From the human T2T-CHM13v2.0 reference genome, Homo sapiens, in the NCBI RefSeq assembly GCF_009914755.1, contig NC_060925.1: DNA of 64,000 nt; one strand, written 5' to 3'. Below the pieces are notes generated by a model. That model was not told the DNA's origin. It did not search any database and was given only the letters and a program-made list of their open reading frames with translations. Position 1 is the stretch's first letter, and each line of letters opens with the position of its first letter. Of the stretch, positions 25,756 through 44,797 are shown in pieces. The translations under genes were made by a program, and so were the position numbers.

Positions 25756-26249
25756 CTCTTGTCATTTATTCTTTGTGTGCATTTATGGTTTCTCCCTTTT
25801 CCCTTGATGAAATTAGCTGGTAGTTTGTCTCTTTTGTTAAATTTTTCAAAATAACAGGATTTTGATTAATTATGTCTATTCTTTCTATTCTTTACCCTCA
25901 TTCATTTCTTCATCTTCCTGGTACTTTCTTTTGGTTTACTTTATTCTTATTTTTAGTTTTTTGACTTGGAGAATTCAATATTTTATTTCTTGTTAATATA
26001 ACAGCTTTATTGAGGTATAATTCTTATATCATATAATTTACTCTTTTAAAGTGTACAATTCAGTGATTTTTAATATATTCACAGAGTTGCATGACCATCA
26101 CCATGATTAATTTCAGAACATTTCATTAACCAAAAATGAAACCCTGTACCCATTAGCAGTCCATTACCTCCTCTTCTAGTTCCTGGCAGCCACTCATCTA
26201 CTTTGTTTTTCTTTGGATTTGCCTATTCTGGACATTTTATATAAATGTA

Positions 26250-26742
26250 CAGTTGGCCCTTGAACAACAGGGGGTTTAGTGGTACTGACCTGCACAGTCA
26301 GAAATTCATGTATAACTTTTGATTCCCCCCGAATTTAACTAATAGCCTGCTCTTGACCAGAAGCCTTAGTGGTAACATAAAAAATTGATTTACACATATT
26401 TTTTATGTTACATATATTATACACTATGCTCATAATAAAGTAAGCTAGACAAAAGAAAATGTTATTAAAATCATAAGGAAGAGAAAATATAGTTACTATT
26501 CATTAAGTGGAAGGTGATCATCTTAAAGATCTTCATCCTTGTTGCTCTTCTTCTTCATCATTTTCTTGTTGAGTAGGCTGAGGAGGAAGGGGAAGGTTGG
26601 TCTTGCTGTCCCAGGTGGCAGAGACAGAAGAGGTGGAAGAGGAGGCAGAAGAGGCAGGCATACTTGATGTAACTGTCATTGAAAAAAGTCCCCTTATAGT
26701 GGACCCATGCAGCTTAAACCTGTGTTGTTCAAGAGTCAAATA
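26250..26742. mobile_element. Tigger2-derived DNA transposon (Tigger2a/MER28-like) inserted in an L1MB fragment
   Basis: TA|CAGTTGGCCCTTGAACAAC ... GTTGTTCAAGAGTCAAATA|TA terminal inverted repeats. Confidence 0.8.
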
Positions 26743-26763
26743 TAATCAATATGTGGCCTTTCT

Positions 26764-27409
<646 letters not shown>

Positions 27410-28415
27410 TCACTGTTCATTCATGTCATAGCATGTATTAGGACCTCATTCCTTTTTACTGCTTAATAATATTCCTTATGTCATTCATTTATTCTTATTA
27501 ATAAATGGTTAGTGGTATATATTTTCCTGATTACTGTGTTAAATGTATCACATTGATTCTGATATGTAGTATTTTCATTATCATTATTTTCTGACAAGTT
27601 CTATAATTTCCATTTCTATTTTCATTTTTTACCCAAGAATTATTTCATGGAAATATTTTTTAAATTTCCAGGTGGACTTTTAATTTTATTAGTAATTTCT
27701 AGTTTTATTGCCTGGTGATTTGAGTGTGTTGTTTGTAGACTGAGGGGATTCTTAGTTCTATGGTGCCCTCTTCTGTAAGTGTAGTAGAATGGGGTCTTGC
27801 AATACTACCCAGGCTGACTCTTTTTAGGTGCAATCATGGTGCACCACAGCCACAAACCCCTGGGCTCAGGCAATACTCCTGTCTCAGCGTCCTGAGTCGC
27901 TGGGACTACAGGTGTACCTTGTCCTCTTTTGCTGCTTTTCTCCTTCACCGCTCAATTGCACCATACAAATGTCCTCTTACATACAAATGTCCTCTTATGC
28001 TGCTTTTCTCCTTCACTACTCAATTGCACCAAAAGGGACCTTGCCCTTTCATTTTGCTTTTTTTTTCCCTCTCAGAACTTATACCTTTAAGATTCCCACC
28101 TCAGATCTCCTGTGTTTTTCAGCCCATTCCATATAGTCATGGTTTGATCTATAGGAATATTTTCTTGGTATTTTCACACTTGGGGAGGAGGTCTTTCTTT
28201 TCTTGGTAGTTTAGAGCAGTTGTTGGCCTGCGATTATCTCCCCTCTTCTCTGCACAGTTTCCTCAGCCTGCCCATGTACCCTTAAAGGTTTGTGTAGAAA
28301 CGTGAGCAGTTGTTGGCTGGGATTTGGTCTTATATATTTTTTCTTTTCTTTTTCTTTTTTTTTTAACTTATAGATAATTTGAAATTTGGCATTTTCTATT
28401 TTCTAGTTATGCTGA

Positions 28416-28795
<380 letters not shown>

Positions 28796-28969
28796 GAGAG
28801 ACACAGATTTACGTGGCCTCCATTTTTCCTCAATTACCTGGAAATCCTGTTACTGATGTGTTTTTAAGTGTATATATTTTCTCAAGTTTTACATTGCTCA
28901 GAATAATTGGACAGTTTTCTAGTCTAAAATTTGAAATATAAATGTACACTATTTTAGTGGAAATGTCAT

Positions 28970-29592
28970 TGTAGGGAACAAGGGCCTTGACCCTCTGAAG
29001 GTTCACTGAAAATCACTTACATGAGGCAGATTAACAGGAGAAAAGGCATACAAATTTATTTAACGTGTGTACACGGGAACATTCAGAATGAAGACTCAAA
29101 AAAATGGGAAATTGTCCATTTTTATGCTTAGGTTCAACAAAGTATGGAACAGCCCTATAGAAATATGATTGGACAAAAAGCATATGATCTAATGCTAATA
29201 GACTGAGTGGAGAAACCCAGCCAGGCCTGTCCATCTAGGTTCTTCTTGGCCTCTTTGAGCACACATTCCTTCCTTCTGGGCGTGGGGCAGGTCCCTTTCT
29301 GGAATGGGGGTCTTATGACCCACAGTCAAACAAGATAGGTCAGATAGTTTGTTTATGACCAGTTTTTACACAGAAAGGTGGAGGAAGTTAAAGTAATATT
29401 TCTAGGTTTTATGACTGGCTTTGGGGAAAAGGAGTTCTGGTTTCTATGACCTGCCTTGGGGAAGAGGGATTCTAGTTTCTATGGTTAGCCTCAGGAGAGA
29501 ATGGGCCTGAGAGACAGGAGGGTAGGAGAAGGTCAGTGAAAAACTTTTGCTTCTGAGGCTATCATTTGGGGGTATTGTTTCTTTATTCTTCA
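28970..29592 (-). mobile_element. ERV1 LTR, MER39/MER34-group
   Basis: Recalled motifs (GGCAGATTAACAGGAGAAAAGGCATACAAATTTATT; TTTATGCTTAGGTTCAAC); subfamily and right end uncertain. Confidence 0.6.
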
Positions 29593-31073
29593 TTCGACAG
29601 ATTTCTAAATGAATTGTAGAATTTTATATAATTTAAATTGTTATTTAAAATTGCTGTTTGTGAGTGTTCTGAATGTGCACTAGAAATGAATATGTAAGAA
29701 AGCTTATAGTAGTTTAAATCATTTGTAGAACCAGCCGAGTTTGTGGTTTCATAATTAAATTATAGGATATTAAAATAGTTTGACATAAAGGCATAGCCTT
29801 TGAATAGTCAAAAATCTTAATTGGCAATTCAGAATCAGTAGTCAATAAGCCCTTCATCAGTGGCCAGGCTTAATAAATATGTAAGTGACTGGCAGAATAT
29901 TTTTCAAGGGGATGCTGTCTTTTATTGATTAATCAGATCCTATGTTACGAAAAAAGGAAGAAAAGATACGAACATTATTGAACATCTCTTATGTCAGACA
30001 CCATGCCAAGTACTTTACTGTTTTAGCCACCCTTCTTCCTACCAATCTATGCATGGATTGCTTGCAAATCTAATAGAGACAATAAAGCATGTGTACTTCC
30101 TAAAACAAGGAATTTGTCACCAACTGAGGCCACCAATCCCAATTTTTAGGAGATTCCAATTGTTACAATTCCCTTTTTCATGTTGAACCCAAATCTCTCA
30201 CCCTATGGTTTGCATCCATGGTCTTGTTTTTGTCTTCTGAGAATGACAGAAAAAGCCTATTTTACCTTGTAGCCCTTCAAATATCTGAAGCCAGCCTGAC
30301 CCTATATTTAATTTCTTCTCTTAACTACTCTCATTAGACTTGTTTCATAACCCATAAGCAGTCTAATTGCTGTACTGTGATCCCATGTAAGCTATTCTGC
30401 TAGTCACATCACACTATGAAATCTCACTGAGCTTGAGGTTTCTCATAGTTGTTGCTCATTTTTGCAGGTTGTTGTGGGAGTTCAAGAATAGAACTGAGTG
30501 TTTAATTTATATTCTGATCCATCCTATTGATAGACCTTGTTGAAATTCAACATTATAGCAGTCCCTTCCAGCTTTAGGTTTGGTGAGAGAGCCTCTAGTT
30601 TTCTTACTCACTTTGTAATAGAAATATTAACAAGACCAGAGCTGAGGTTAGAAGTTAGTGCTAGAAACTTTTCTCTAGGTCAATGCATTAATTAATGCCT
30701 GTTGTTTCACATGAGTGTAATATTGGGAAATGCTTCATACTTTAATCCTCTTCTAGATGGTCATAATGCACATAGTGCAATAGTAAAGGCTCCAAATGTC
30801 TTACAGTAAAGACGTGTTTAGCTTTGTTTAACCATAGTCTAAACTTATTTGACAGAAGAACCCTCTTTTTTTTTTTTTGGTAACACCAAAAGATAAAAAT
30901 GAAAATAACCCCCCAAAATCCCACACTACGATATTTCCTTATCTTGTCCAAAATGTTTTGAGAAATTTCGTTAATTTTCTTGCTGCTGTCCAGATACTAT
31001 GTTTTCTTTGATCTAACAGTCAATTCAGTCACGAAAAGATAACACATAATTTGACTTGTCTTATTCTTATTGA

Positions 31074-31422
<349 letters not shown>

Positions 31423-32288
31423 TGATCACTATTTTTATTGTTAGAAGATCACAAGTGTGGAATTTATCTTCTCTTTTTATTAGAATTGAGATAAGATTTG
31501 CTTAATTATATGTATGTCATTTTTGCTCTGAAGATCATCCTCCTTGATAGAGAAGAGAGAGATAAAACAGACATGGGGAACTTTGTACTTTACTGTGCCA
31601 TTAATATAACATTATCAGCTCTAATTGGTGGCTTTCTTTTTTCTTTGGCCTTTACAGCACCAAATGAGAATTCAAAGCATATTTTATTCAGTTTTATCTT
31701 TTTAAAAGTAGTAAAAAAAAATTTTTTTTGCGTGTTTTACCTCATTACTGTACTTTTTTTTGTTTTCCTGACACGATTATTTAAATTTTCTGTTAAGGAA
31801 TTTAAAAGGCATACATATTTCTTATCAGGATATAACTCTTCTAAAAACTTTTCTGTTTTATCATAAGGAAAGGGAGGAAGATGAAATATCTTATCATGCC
31901 CTGGAGGGTGTGAGTTGTGTAAAATTCTCTCAGTCTAGCGTACTGGGGTGTTTGACAGACTCCTAGAGGAATTGTAGTGTTCTCCTGCCTTAAAACCACC
32001 ATGTTTCTTGTTTTTGAAACTGGGTTCTACTTATTTTAATTAGAATAGATCAGTTTGAACTGTTTTTATCTTATGTGCCTATTAGTTGATTCAGTTCGTT
32101 AATTAGGCCCACATTTAATTATAAATAAAAATTTTTTGAGGGAACAGTGCTGAAGTCTTTAATACTGATGATATATATGAAAGGGAAAATATGGAGATAT
32201 TTAGCAGAACACTGAGTACCATTGCAAGATTTGTTAATAAGCAGCGGAAAAACATTCACCCACTGGTAGATGTTTGCTTTCTTTACAG

Positions 32289-32352
32289 GAACAAAAATTG
32301 AACACTTTGCAAAAATTGGATGGAAAAATCATAAACATTCAGTTAATAACCC
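32289..32352 (+). CDS. SCP2: SCP2/SCPx exon 7 (64 nt): TKIEHFAKIGWKNHKHSVNN(P)
   Basis: ctttacag|GAACA ... AACCC|gtaagt. Confidence 0.97.
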
Positions 32353-32569
32353 GTAAGTATTTCAGAGACATGAAATAATGAAAATCTGGGTTATCCTACT
32401 GTATAATATGCAACTTTATACTTGAAAAGCAAATGCCAAGATCTCAAATATTTTAACTAGAATGTTTTATTTTTTTCTTACAAAAGGCTTATACGCAAGT
32501 AAACTTTTGACAACTTTTCAGTTCCAGTTTTTGGCCACTTTATATTTAGAATATCATTTAGGCTAATGA

Positions 32570-33163
<594 letters not shown>

Positions 33164-33294
33164 TAATGTACTTGTATAATATTATCGGCTCAAAAGTTGG
33201 CTGAATTGCAGGTGATTTGATTTTGCTTTTAAGGAACTAGTATTCTTTAATTTGCCAGGAAACATAAATATGGTATTCTGTTTTAATCCCCAAC

Positions 33295-34005
33295 TGGTCT
33301 AACACCAACTGGGTATATTGCAACTCAATTCTGGCATGAAGCGCCTAGGAGTTAATGCAAACTCCATGAATTAAGGACCCAGTCCTCCACAAGACTGCTC
33401 ATACGTCAGACATTAGCTGCAAGTGGGATGCCCATGCCACCCATATTTTGACCAACTGACCACAAATCCAGGGGCTCCCATGACTCCCTCAGATTCAATA
33501 ATTCACTAGAACAACTTACAGAACTCAGGAAAGTACTTAAAATTACAGTTTTATTATAAAGGATATAAATCAGAAACAGTCAAATGAAGAGGCATATAGA
33601 GTGAGGTCTGGGAGCATCCCAAGCAAAGCTTTCTTGCCTTTTCCCTATGGAGTCAGGGCATGTCATCCTCCGGATACATCAAGACGTTCACCAATCAGGA
33701 AGCCCCGCTGAACACCATGTCCAGATTTTTTACTGGGGCTTCATTATGTCAGCATGCTAGATTAAATCACTGGCCACATAACTGAACTCAATCTCCAGCC
33801 TTCCTCTTCTTCTCAGAGGTTGAGCTGGCTCAAAAGTCTCAACTCTGTAGTCACATGGTTGGTCTTTTGGTGGTCAGTCTCCCATTTTCAAGATAACAAG
33901 GCCCACCATAAGTGACCTCATTAGCATAACAAAGACACTTCTATCATTCAGGAAATTCCAAGGGCTTTGGAAGCTCCAAGCCAGGAACCCAGGACAAAGA
34001 CCAAA
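33295..34005. mobile_element. MER21C-like LTR element
   Basis: Recalled motifs (ACAGAACTCAGGAAAGT..TTACAGTTTTATTATAAAGGATA; CAGGAAATTCCAAGGG). Confidence 0.65.
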
Positions 34006-34202
34006 TTTTAAAAAATAAAACATACTGTATTTTAGAGTTAGGATTTTTTAAAAGGTCAATTCAGATGACATTTATGGCTATTCATAAAAATCTGTCTTCT
34101 GGTTGTGAAAATAATATTTACATATTATTCTGTTTCTTACTCTGCAACAAAAATTACAGTTGCTATCTCACATTCTGTAACTAATATTTATTTTGTATTT
34201 AG

Positions 34203-34289
34203 GTATTCCCAGTTCCAAGATGAATACAGTTTAGATGAAGTGATGGCATCTAAAGAAGTTTTTGATTTTTTGACTATCTTACAATGTTG
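34203..34289 (+). CDS. SCP2: SCP2/SCPx exon 8 (87 nt): [28 protein letters not shown](C)
   Basis: gtatttag|GTATTCC ... TGTTG|gtaaga. Confidence 0.97.
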
Positions 34290-35197
34290 GTAAGAAAAAT
34301 ATATTTTAACATTTAATGAGGGAAGTAACTGCTGCCCTTCCTGCCACCCCCCTGTGGTTAAACCTTAGGCTCTGCATCTGGGCGGAGCTTTCACAGAACT
34401 CCTCCCAGTGCCGTCCCCACTCTGGGTCACTTCACTAGAGTACCCTACTTCTTACTCCTGCCTGGAGACAGACTGTCTCTTCTCTTGGAAAATGATGTGT
34501 TTTACTTCTTCTTGCAGGACTTCTACCTACTTTGGTGATTGCAATTGTATTTATTCATTAAACTGTGGCTTGGGGGCCAGTGGAGCCCAAAGCATTTTGT
34601 TTTCCCTGCTATGTACTTCTACTACAGGAAATTCTACTCTATAATAGTAGCTATGAGTAAAAGTAAAACAAGGAAAAATTCATAGCTCTAATGATGATAA
34701 CAGTTGTTTCTTGCAAAGTGCTTGACAGTATCTGTCTCCTAGAAAATTGAGTGAGTACTGCTTAGCTCCTGCCTGTGTCCTAGTTAACACCTGGCTGTGC
34801 CCTGTAGATACAGGCTGGGATGGAAAGAAATAAGTCGGGTCAGCTTTTATTTGTTGTGATATGAGGGTCTGCCCATTTAGAAAGTCTAACTGAACTCCCA
34901 GAAGACTTCTTGTGTTTGCTACCTTCCATCACAGTTTGCTGTAAGAAAAAGATCTGTTTAAGATCTCGAGAGTCTTAACTAAAGCAGATGGTTTTGTATT
35001 CCCAAGCTATCTTTTCCCAGTTTCCAAAAGGATTTCAGGACTGAGTTATTTGGAGATAGCAAAGTTGGAGCTGGGGCGGTCTGTAGTAGAATCTTTATTG
35101 TATTAGGATAGGAATAACCTTTTGGACTTACTCCTCAGAAGATGCCTTATGCATCTCCAGAGGCAAATTGGTAATTCTTTGCAATAAGAACTTTTTG

Positions 35198-35500
35198 GGG
35201 CTGGGCGTGGTAGCTCACGCCTGTAATCCCAGCACATTGGAAGGCCGAGGCGGGCGGATCACCTGAGGTTGGGAGTTCGAGACCAACCTGACCAACATGG
35301 AGAAACTCCGTCTCTACTAAAAATACAAAATTAGCCAGGCGTGGTAGCGCATGCCTGTAATCTCAGCTACTCAGGAGGCTGAGGCAGAAGAATCACTTGA
35401 ACCGGGGAGGAGGAGGTTGCAGTTGCAATGAGCCAAGATAACACCATTATACTCCAGCCTAGGCAACAAGAGCGAAACTCCATCTCAAAAAAAAAAAAAA
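35198..35500 (+). mobile_element. AluSp-like
   Basis: Alu consensus; flanking direct repeat AAGAACTTTTTGGG. Confidence 0.88.
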
Positions 35501-35736
35501 GAACTTTTTGGGACTCTTAGATTCCAAGTAGTGATTGACAACATTTAAGTTCTTGATAGAGGTTCAGTCCTCAGGTGGGAAGCATGTGTGATTTACAACT
35601 GTAGATATCACAAAGAAGACAATCCACTGACCAGCAAGCATATTTGGCCTTTCCTTTCACATAGAAGTAACTCCTAGTCTGAAATCCTCCGATCAGGTGC
35701 TACTGGGTGTGGAGAATTATTTTTACTTCCTCTTAG

Positions 35737-35887
35737 TCCCACTTCAGATGGTGCTGCAGCAGCAATTTTGGCCAGTGAAGCATTTGTACAGAAGTATGGC
35801 CTGCAATCCAAAGCTGTGGAAATTTTGGCACAAGAAATGATGACTGATTTGCCAAGCTCGTTTGAAGAAAAAAGCATTATTAAAATG
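35737..35887 (+). CDS. SCP2: SCP2/SCPx exon 9 (151 nt): [50 protein letters not shown]
   Basis: ctcttag|TCCCACT ... AAAATG|gtatgt; thiolase SDGAAA motif. Confidence 0.98.
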
Positions 35888-36074
35888 GTATGTCTGAGAT
35901 TCTATTTGTTATTTTTATTTTTAAGATGGAGTCTCATGATTCTTGTGATGGAGCCATGCATTATTATATAATAACTTTTAATTAACTAGACATGCTATTT
36001 GTCATTATTTTAAGTTGACTATGCCTAGAACTCCAATCTTACAGAGTTAAGGGAAAAATGATTGTTTTGTTTTG

Positions 36075-37793
36075 TTGTTCTTTCTTTTCTTTTCTTTCTT
36101 TCAACAGGGTCTTACTCTGTCACTCAGGCTGCAGTGCAGTAGTGCGATCTCAGCTTACTATAGCTTCCACATCCCAGGCTCAATCAATCCTCCCACTTCA
36201 GCCTCCCAAGTGGCTGGGACTACAGGCACATGCCACGACTGCCGGCTAATGTTTGTATTTTTTGTAGAGACACAGTTTTGCCATGTTTCCCAGGCTGGTC
36301 TTGAATTCCTGGCTCAAGTGATCCACCTGCCTCAGCCTTCCAAAATGCTGGGATTACAGGCGTGAATCACCACACACTGCCACAAAGATGATTTTAATGA
36401 ACTTTCTTGACCCTCAGCACTTTAAAAATTCTGAATAAAGATTGAGTACAAAATGGAAAAAGTAAAAAAGATGAAAATTCAGACCTAGAGTTAGTTGAAT
36501 ATTTGAAGACATACACACAATACACAAAATTGCATGCTAAATTATAGTTTACAAATGATTTTACAACAACACTGTGAACTGGAAAATGTTTTTGTAACTG
36601 CCCAAGATCACAGTTAGGTTGTGGCAGAGGTGGAATTTATATTTAGGTTTCCTGGTTATAGTACATTTTTCATTATACCACAGTTTTATTTCTTTTTCTT
36701 TTTCTCTTTGAGACAGGATCTTGCTTTGTTGCCCAGGCTGGAGCGTGGTGGTGCGATCATAGCTCACTGCAACCTCTGCCTCCTAGTCTCAAGCAATCCT
36801 CCCACTTCAGCCTCTCGAGAAAGTGGGACTACAGGCATGTGCCACCACATCTGGCTAAGTTTTTGTATTTTTTTTTTTTTTGTAAAGACACGATTTTGCC
36901 ATGTTACCCAGGCTGGTCTTGAACTCCTGGACTCAAGCGATTCACCTGCCTCGGCCTCCCAAAGTGCCAAAGTGCTGGGATTACAGGCATGAGCCACCAC
37001 GCCTGGCCTCACCGTTTTATTCCTTGAAGAAAAGTTATTTTATTATTTGAGGAGAAAAACATGTTAAGAACATGGACTTTGGAAAAATGGTTTGAATCCT
37101 AGATGATCTTCTAAAAGAAGATTGTGTCATTTTATATAGAAATTCTCCCATATTTTTCAGTGTATCTGACTCATAATGATCTGGTAATAAATGTCTTCAA
37201 CTTGTTTATCACAACTATACATTGTAGTTTGACAGAAGTTTTGTAACTTAGCACAAGATATGCTCTGAGGAATTCTAGGTCCTTTTTATATATTTTATTT
37301 AAAAATTCTGTCATTTTTTAGTACAAAATTGAATATGTACATCCTTCTCCTAGATGTTATTTTATTTAGACTTTCTGTGTAATATAGAATCAATTGACTG
37401 ACCCTCCTTCCCTCCCTCCCTCCCTTCCTTCCTCCCTTTCTTTCCCTTTCCCTTTCCTCTCTTTCTTTCTTTTCTTCTTTTCTTCTTCTCTTCTTTTTTT
37501 GTTTCTTTTTTGAGACAGGATCTTGCTCTTTCATCCAGGCTGGAATTCAGTGGGGTGATCCTGGTTCCCTGCAGCCTTGACCTCCTGTGCTCAAACGATC
37601 CTCCCAGCTCAGCCTCCCAAGTATCTGGGACCACAGGCACATACTACCACGCCAGGCTAATTTTTAAATTATTTGTAGAGACAGGATCTTCCATTGTTGC
37701 CCAGGCTGGTCTCAAACTCCTGGGCTCAAGCGATCCTCCTGCCTCAGCTTCCCAAAGTGCTTGGATTATAGGCATGAGCCAATGCACCTGGGC
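36075..37793 (-). mobile_element. Three antisense AluJ-like elements (36075-36370, 36690-37008, 37500-37793)
   Basis: Alu consensus. Confidence 0.82.
37402..37500. repeat. About 99-nt pure polypyrimidine (CCCT/CTTT)n tract
   Basis: Read directly; expanded Alu tail. Confidence 0.95.
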
Positions 37794-37915
37794 AAAAATT
37801 TAATATATGTGGTCAATTATCAGTTGTTAAGGTTATGCATCTATTAATCTCTTAAAATACTTGTTTAAAAGGCCCAGTTTTGGTGCCCTTTATTTATATA
37901 TGGTTTTGGTTTTAG

Positions 37916-38063
37916 GTTGGCTTTGATATGAGTAAAGAAGCTGCAAGAAAATGCTATGAGAAATCTGGCCTGACACCAAATGATATTGACGTAATAGAAC
38001 TTCACGATTGCTTTTCTACCAACGAACTCCTTACTTATGAAGCACTGGGACTCTGTCCAGAAG
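37916..38063 (+). CDS. SCP2: SCP2/SCPx exon 10 (148 nt): [49 protein letters not shown](G)
   Basis: ggttttag|GTTGGC ... CCAGAAG|gtaaca; HDCF motif of SCP2-type thiolases. Confidence 0.98.
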
Positions 38064-38491
38064 GTAACATCTTTGAATAGGGCAGATTAATTCAGTAAAT
38101 TTCACTGAGAAAACTTCACTTTGACCGTTAGATAAAAGAATTCACTATTCACTTTTCCCTTAACGTTGGCTCTGCCACACTGTGGGAAATGAATGTAAGC
38201 TGTTTTGGTAGTGGACGTTTTAGAACTTGTGGTATTAGGCAGTACCAACACTAAGATGATGGAGTGTCCAGATAATTTGTATTATGATTATATTATTTGT
38301 CTGGAAGGCTCTTTTATCTGACCAAAATAGCTACTCCATCTTTCTTATGCTTATTCTTTGCATGAGATTTTATTCATTTGCTTTCAACCTATTTATGTTA
38401 ATTTATTTAAAGTGTATCTCTTATAGGCAGCATGTAAGCAATAATTTTTTTTTGTTTTTTCGTTTTTCTGAGACGGAGACTCTCTCTGTAG

Positions 38492-38701
<210 letters not shown>

Positions 38702-38814
38702 TAGGCTTCCTAAAGTGCTGGAATTATAGGCGTGAGCCACTGCGCCCAGCCGTGATAATGTATTTTTTAAAATCTACTTTGTTGATTTCTGCCTTTTAAC
38801 TGGAGTGTCGAAAC

Positions 38815-39380
38815 CTGTGCTGATAATGACAGCCACTAGCTATACTTTAGTCTTTGAAATGTAGCTAGTCCAAATTGACGTGTGCTGTAAGTGTGAAGTA
38901 CACATGGAGTTTTGGAGACTTAATATTGAAAAATAGAATGTAAAGTATTTCATTAATAATTTTTTTTTTTTTTTGAGACAGAGTCTCGCTTTGTCACCCA
39001 GGCTGGAGTGCAATGGTGTGATCTCGGCTCATTGCAACTTCTGCCTCCTGGGTTCAAGCAGTTCTTGTGCCTCAGCCTCCCGAGTATTACAGGTGTGCAT
39101 GCTACCATGCCCAGCTAATTTTTGTAATTTTAGTAGAGACAGGGTTTCACCATGTTGCGCGGGCTGTTCTCAAACTCCTGGCTTCAAGTGATCCACCCGC
39201 CTCAGCCTCCCAAAGTGCTGGGGTTGCAAGCATGAGCCACCTGGCTCACTGATAATTTTTTTATGTTGATTACATGTTGAATGAAAATATTTTATATATA
39301 TATAAAATGTATATATTAAATAAAATATATACTAGAAAATTTAAAAGTATTGTGTGGGCATTATATTTCTGTTAGACAAT
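38815..39380. mobile_element. MER33-like hAT element split by an Alu (38961-39246)
   Basis: AGCCACTAGC..TGAAATGTAGCTAGTCCAAATTGA..TGTGCTGTAAGTG motif. Confidence 0.65.
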
Positions 39381-39606
39381 ATTTATTTAGATAATTAATG
39401 TAATTATTGATACAGTAGGATTTAGGTTGGTCATTTAATTATCTGTTTTCTATTTGTCCCCTGTAATTTTTGTTCCTCTGTGCCCCTCCTCTTGACTTCT
39501 TTTGCATTATTTAAATATTTTTAGTATGCCATTTCAACTTATCGATTGTTTTTTTCACCATATCTCTTTGTTTTTTCTTCTTTGTTTATCCCAGTGGTTG
39601 CTATAG

Positions 39607-42000
<2,394 letters not shown>

Positions 42001-42052
42001 ACTTAATCTAAAAGTTAAATATTTTATGTAGATACAGATATAAAATGATTAC

Positions 42053-42666
<614 letters not shown>

Positions 42667-42679
42667 TGATTACTTTCAA

Positions 42680-43630
42680 ACTTATACTCCTTGCTTGAAC
42701 TGCTTCTCCAACCTCTAGACTCAAGAATCCAGCTGCCTACTTTTTAGGGGTTTCTTTGGATGTCTCATAAGCATCTCAAACCTAAGTCCAAAATTGAGCT
42801 ATGGATATTTTTCAAACTTTCTCCTCCCTCAGTCTTCCCCATCCTCCTGTTGCTTAAACTGGAAACCATCAGGCTTGAATTCTTTTCTCTCTCTCACAAT
42901 CATCATTAAATCTATCTCTAAGTCCTGTTGGCTATGGACTCTACCTTCAAAATAAATCCAGAATATGACCACATCTCACCACTTTTGTCACTGCCAGCCT
43001 AGTGCAGAACAGCATCGTTTCTCATTTATATTATTGTTGGAGTCTTATGGCTGGTCCCGTGCTTCTGCCTTGTCTCTCCAGACTGAAGCTAGAATGTGCA
43101 GCAAATCAGTTCATTAATTCATTCAAAACCCAGTAGTTTCTCAACTCACTCAGACGAACAAGCCAAATATGATCTGTCCTCCTTACTCCCCACTCCCATC
43201 TCTGACTTCCTCTGCTTTTCTCTGAATCTTCTACTCTGCTGCAGCCACATTGGCTTCCTTCTTCAAGCACTGGAAGCTCGCTCCTGTTTCAGGGCCTTTG
43301 TTCCAAACATACATGATTTGCTCTCTCACTCCCTTCAGGTCTTTGACTAATGTCCTTCTCAGTGGAAGCCTTCTCCGATCACTTTGTTTGAAATATAAAC
43401 CACTCACCTCCATCTTCCTTGTCTCAATGTGTCCTATACCCTTTCCCTGCTTTCTTTTTTCCCTTGGCATTTATCACCACTTTACATATTTCTTTACTTA
43501 TTTTATATATTGTCTGTCTTTTCCTCACCCCTCTCCCCACATAACTTAAACTCCATGATAGTAGGGATTTTCGTTTGGTTCACTATTGTATCCATAAGTT
43601 CCTAGTTTAGTTTTTGGTACAGAACAGGTA
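42680..43630. mobile_element. L2 fragment
   Basis: L2-like motifs (TGGATGTCTCATAAGCATCTCAAAC; CTCTACCTTCAAAATAAATCCAGAAT). Confidence 0.6.
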
Positions 43631-44265
43631 TAATAATTGTTTTCCAAAAGCGTATGCATTTGTTTTCCTATCTATGCTAGGGGAGAGCGTTCATTTACAG
43701 TACTTTAATCTCTGAATATTTTTAGTTGATGAGTTCAAGATAACTTCCCTTTGGAATCTTTTAATACTTTACAAGATTGTATATATTATAGGAAAAGTGT
43801 AGTGAATTATTCACTTTTAGGGGTTAGCTTGTGTTTAGTTTGCTATTACTTGCTACAGAAACAATATTTAGCAGTTTGTAAGTAGCAATAGTAGATAGAT
43901 TTATCTCTTATGACTAGAGCCTCAGAGCAATTTCCAAGGTAGAAACATACCAAAAAATAAAAGAGAGAATGCCTTAGCCAATGGTTTTATCTATAACCTA
44001 GATTTAAAGCCAAATTAGAAGTGTCAGTCATCTAAAATCCTGTGATTAGTGTATTTCATTTTACCAACAGAGGAACTTTTGTTTTTGAAGGCAATATAAT
44101 ATATTAGCTGAGAACACAGGCTGTGGAGCCAGGCTCCCTGAGTATTAATCCTAGATCTCTTGCTGTTGCCTTGGTTGATTTCTTAATATCTCTGTCTGTT
44201 TTCTCATCTAGGAAATGAGAATGATAGCACCTACTTCATAGGATTGAATATTAAATTTTATAAAT

Positions 44266-44508
44266 AGTCATCACTCAGTATCTGTGGGGTTTTTTTTCTA
44301 AGACCTCCCACAGATACCAAAATCCATGGAAGCTGCTTATATAAAATGGCATAATTTTTGCATATAACCTATGCACACCCTCCTGTATATTTTAAATAAT
44401 CTCTAGATTACGTATAATAACTACATATCACTTCATTCACATGGATTCAATGTAGTACTCAGCACATACAAATTGAAGTTTTGCTTTTTGTAATTTTTTT
44501 CTTCTGTA

Positions 44509-44546
<38 letters not shown>

Positions 44547-44797
44547 GAGACAGAGTTTTGCTCTTGTCGCCCAGGGGTGCACCACCATGCCTGGCTAATT
44601 TTTGTATTTTTAGTAGAGATGGGGTTTCACCATGTTGGCCAGGCTGGTCTCGAACTCCTGACCTCAGGTGATCTACCTGCCTCGGCCTCCCAAAGTTCTG
44701 GGATTACAGGCATCAGCCATGGTGCCCTGCCTCTTCTGAATATTTTTGATTTGTGGATGGTTGAATCCATGATGTGGAACCCATGGATGCTGACTAT
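44266..44797. mobile_element. MER2 (Tigger family) split by an internally deleted Alu (~44530-44731)
   Basis: CAGTATCTGTGGGG..GATACCAAAATCCATGGA..GCATATAACCTATGCACA motifs. Confidence 0.7.
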
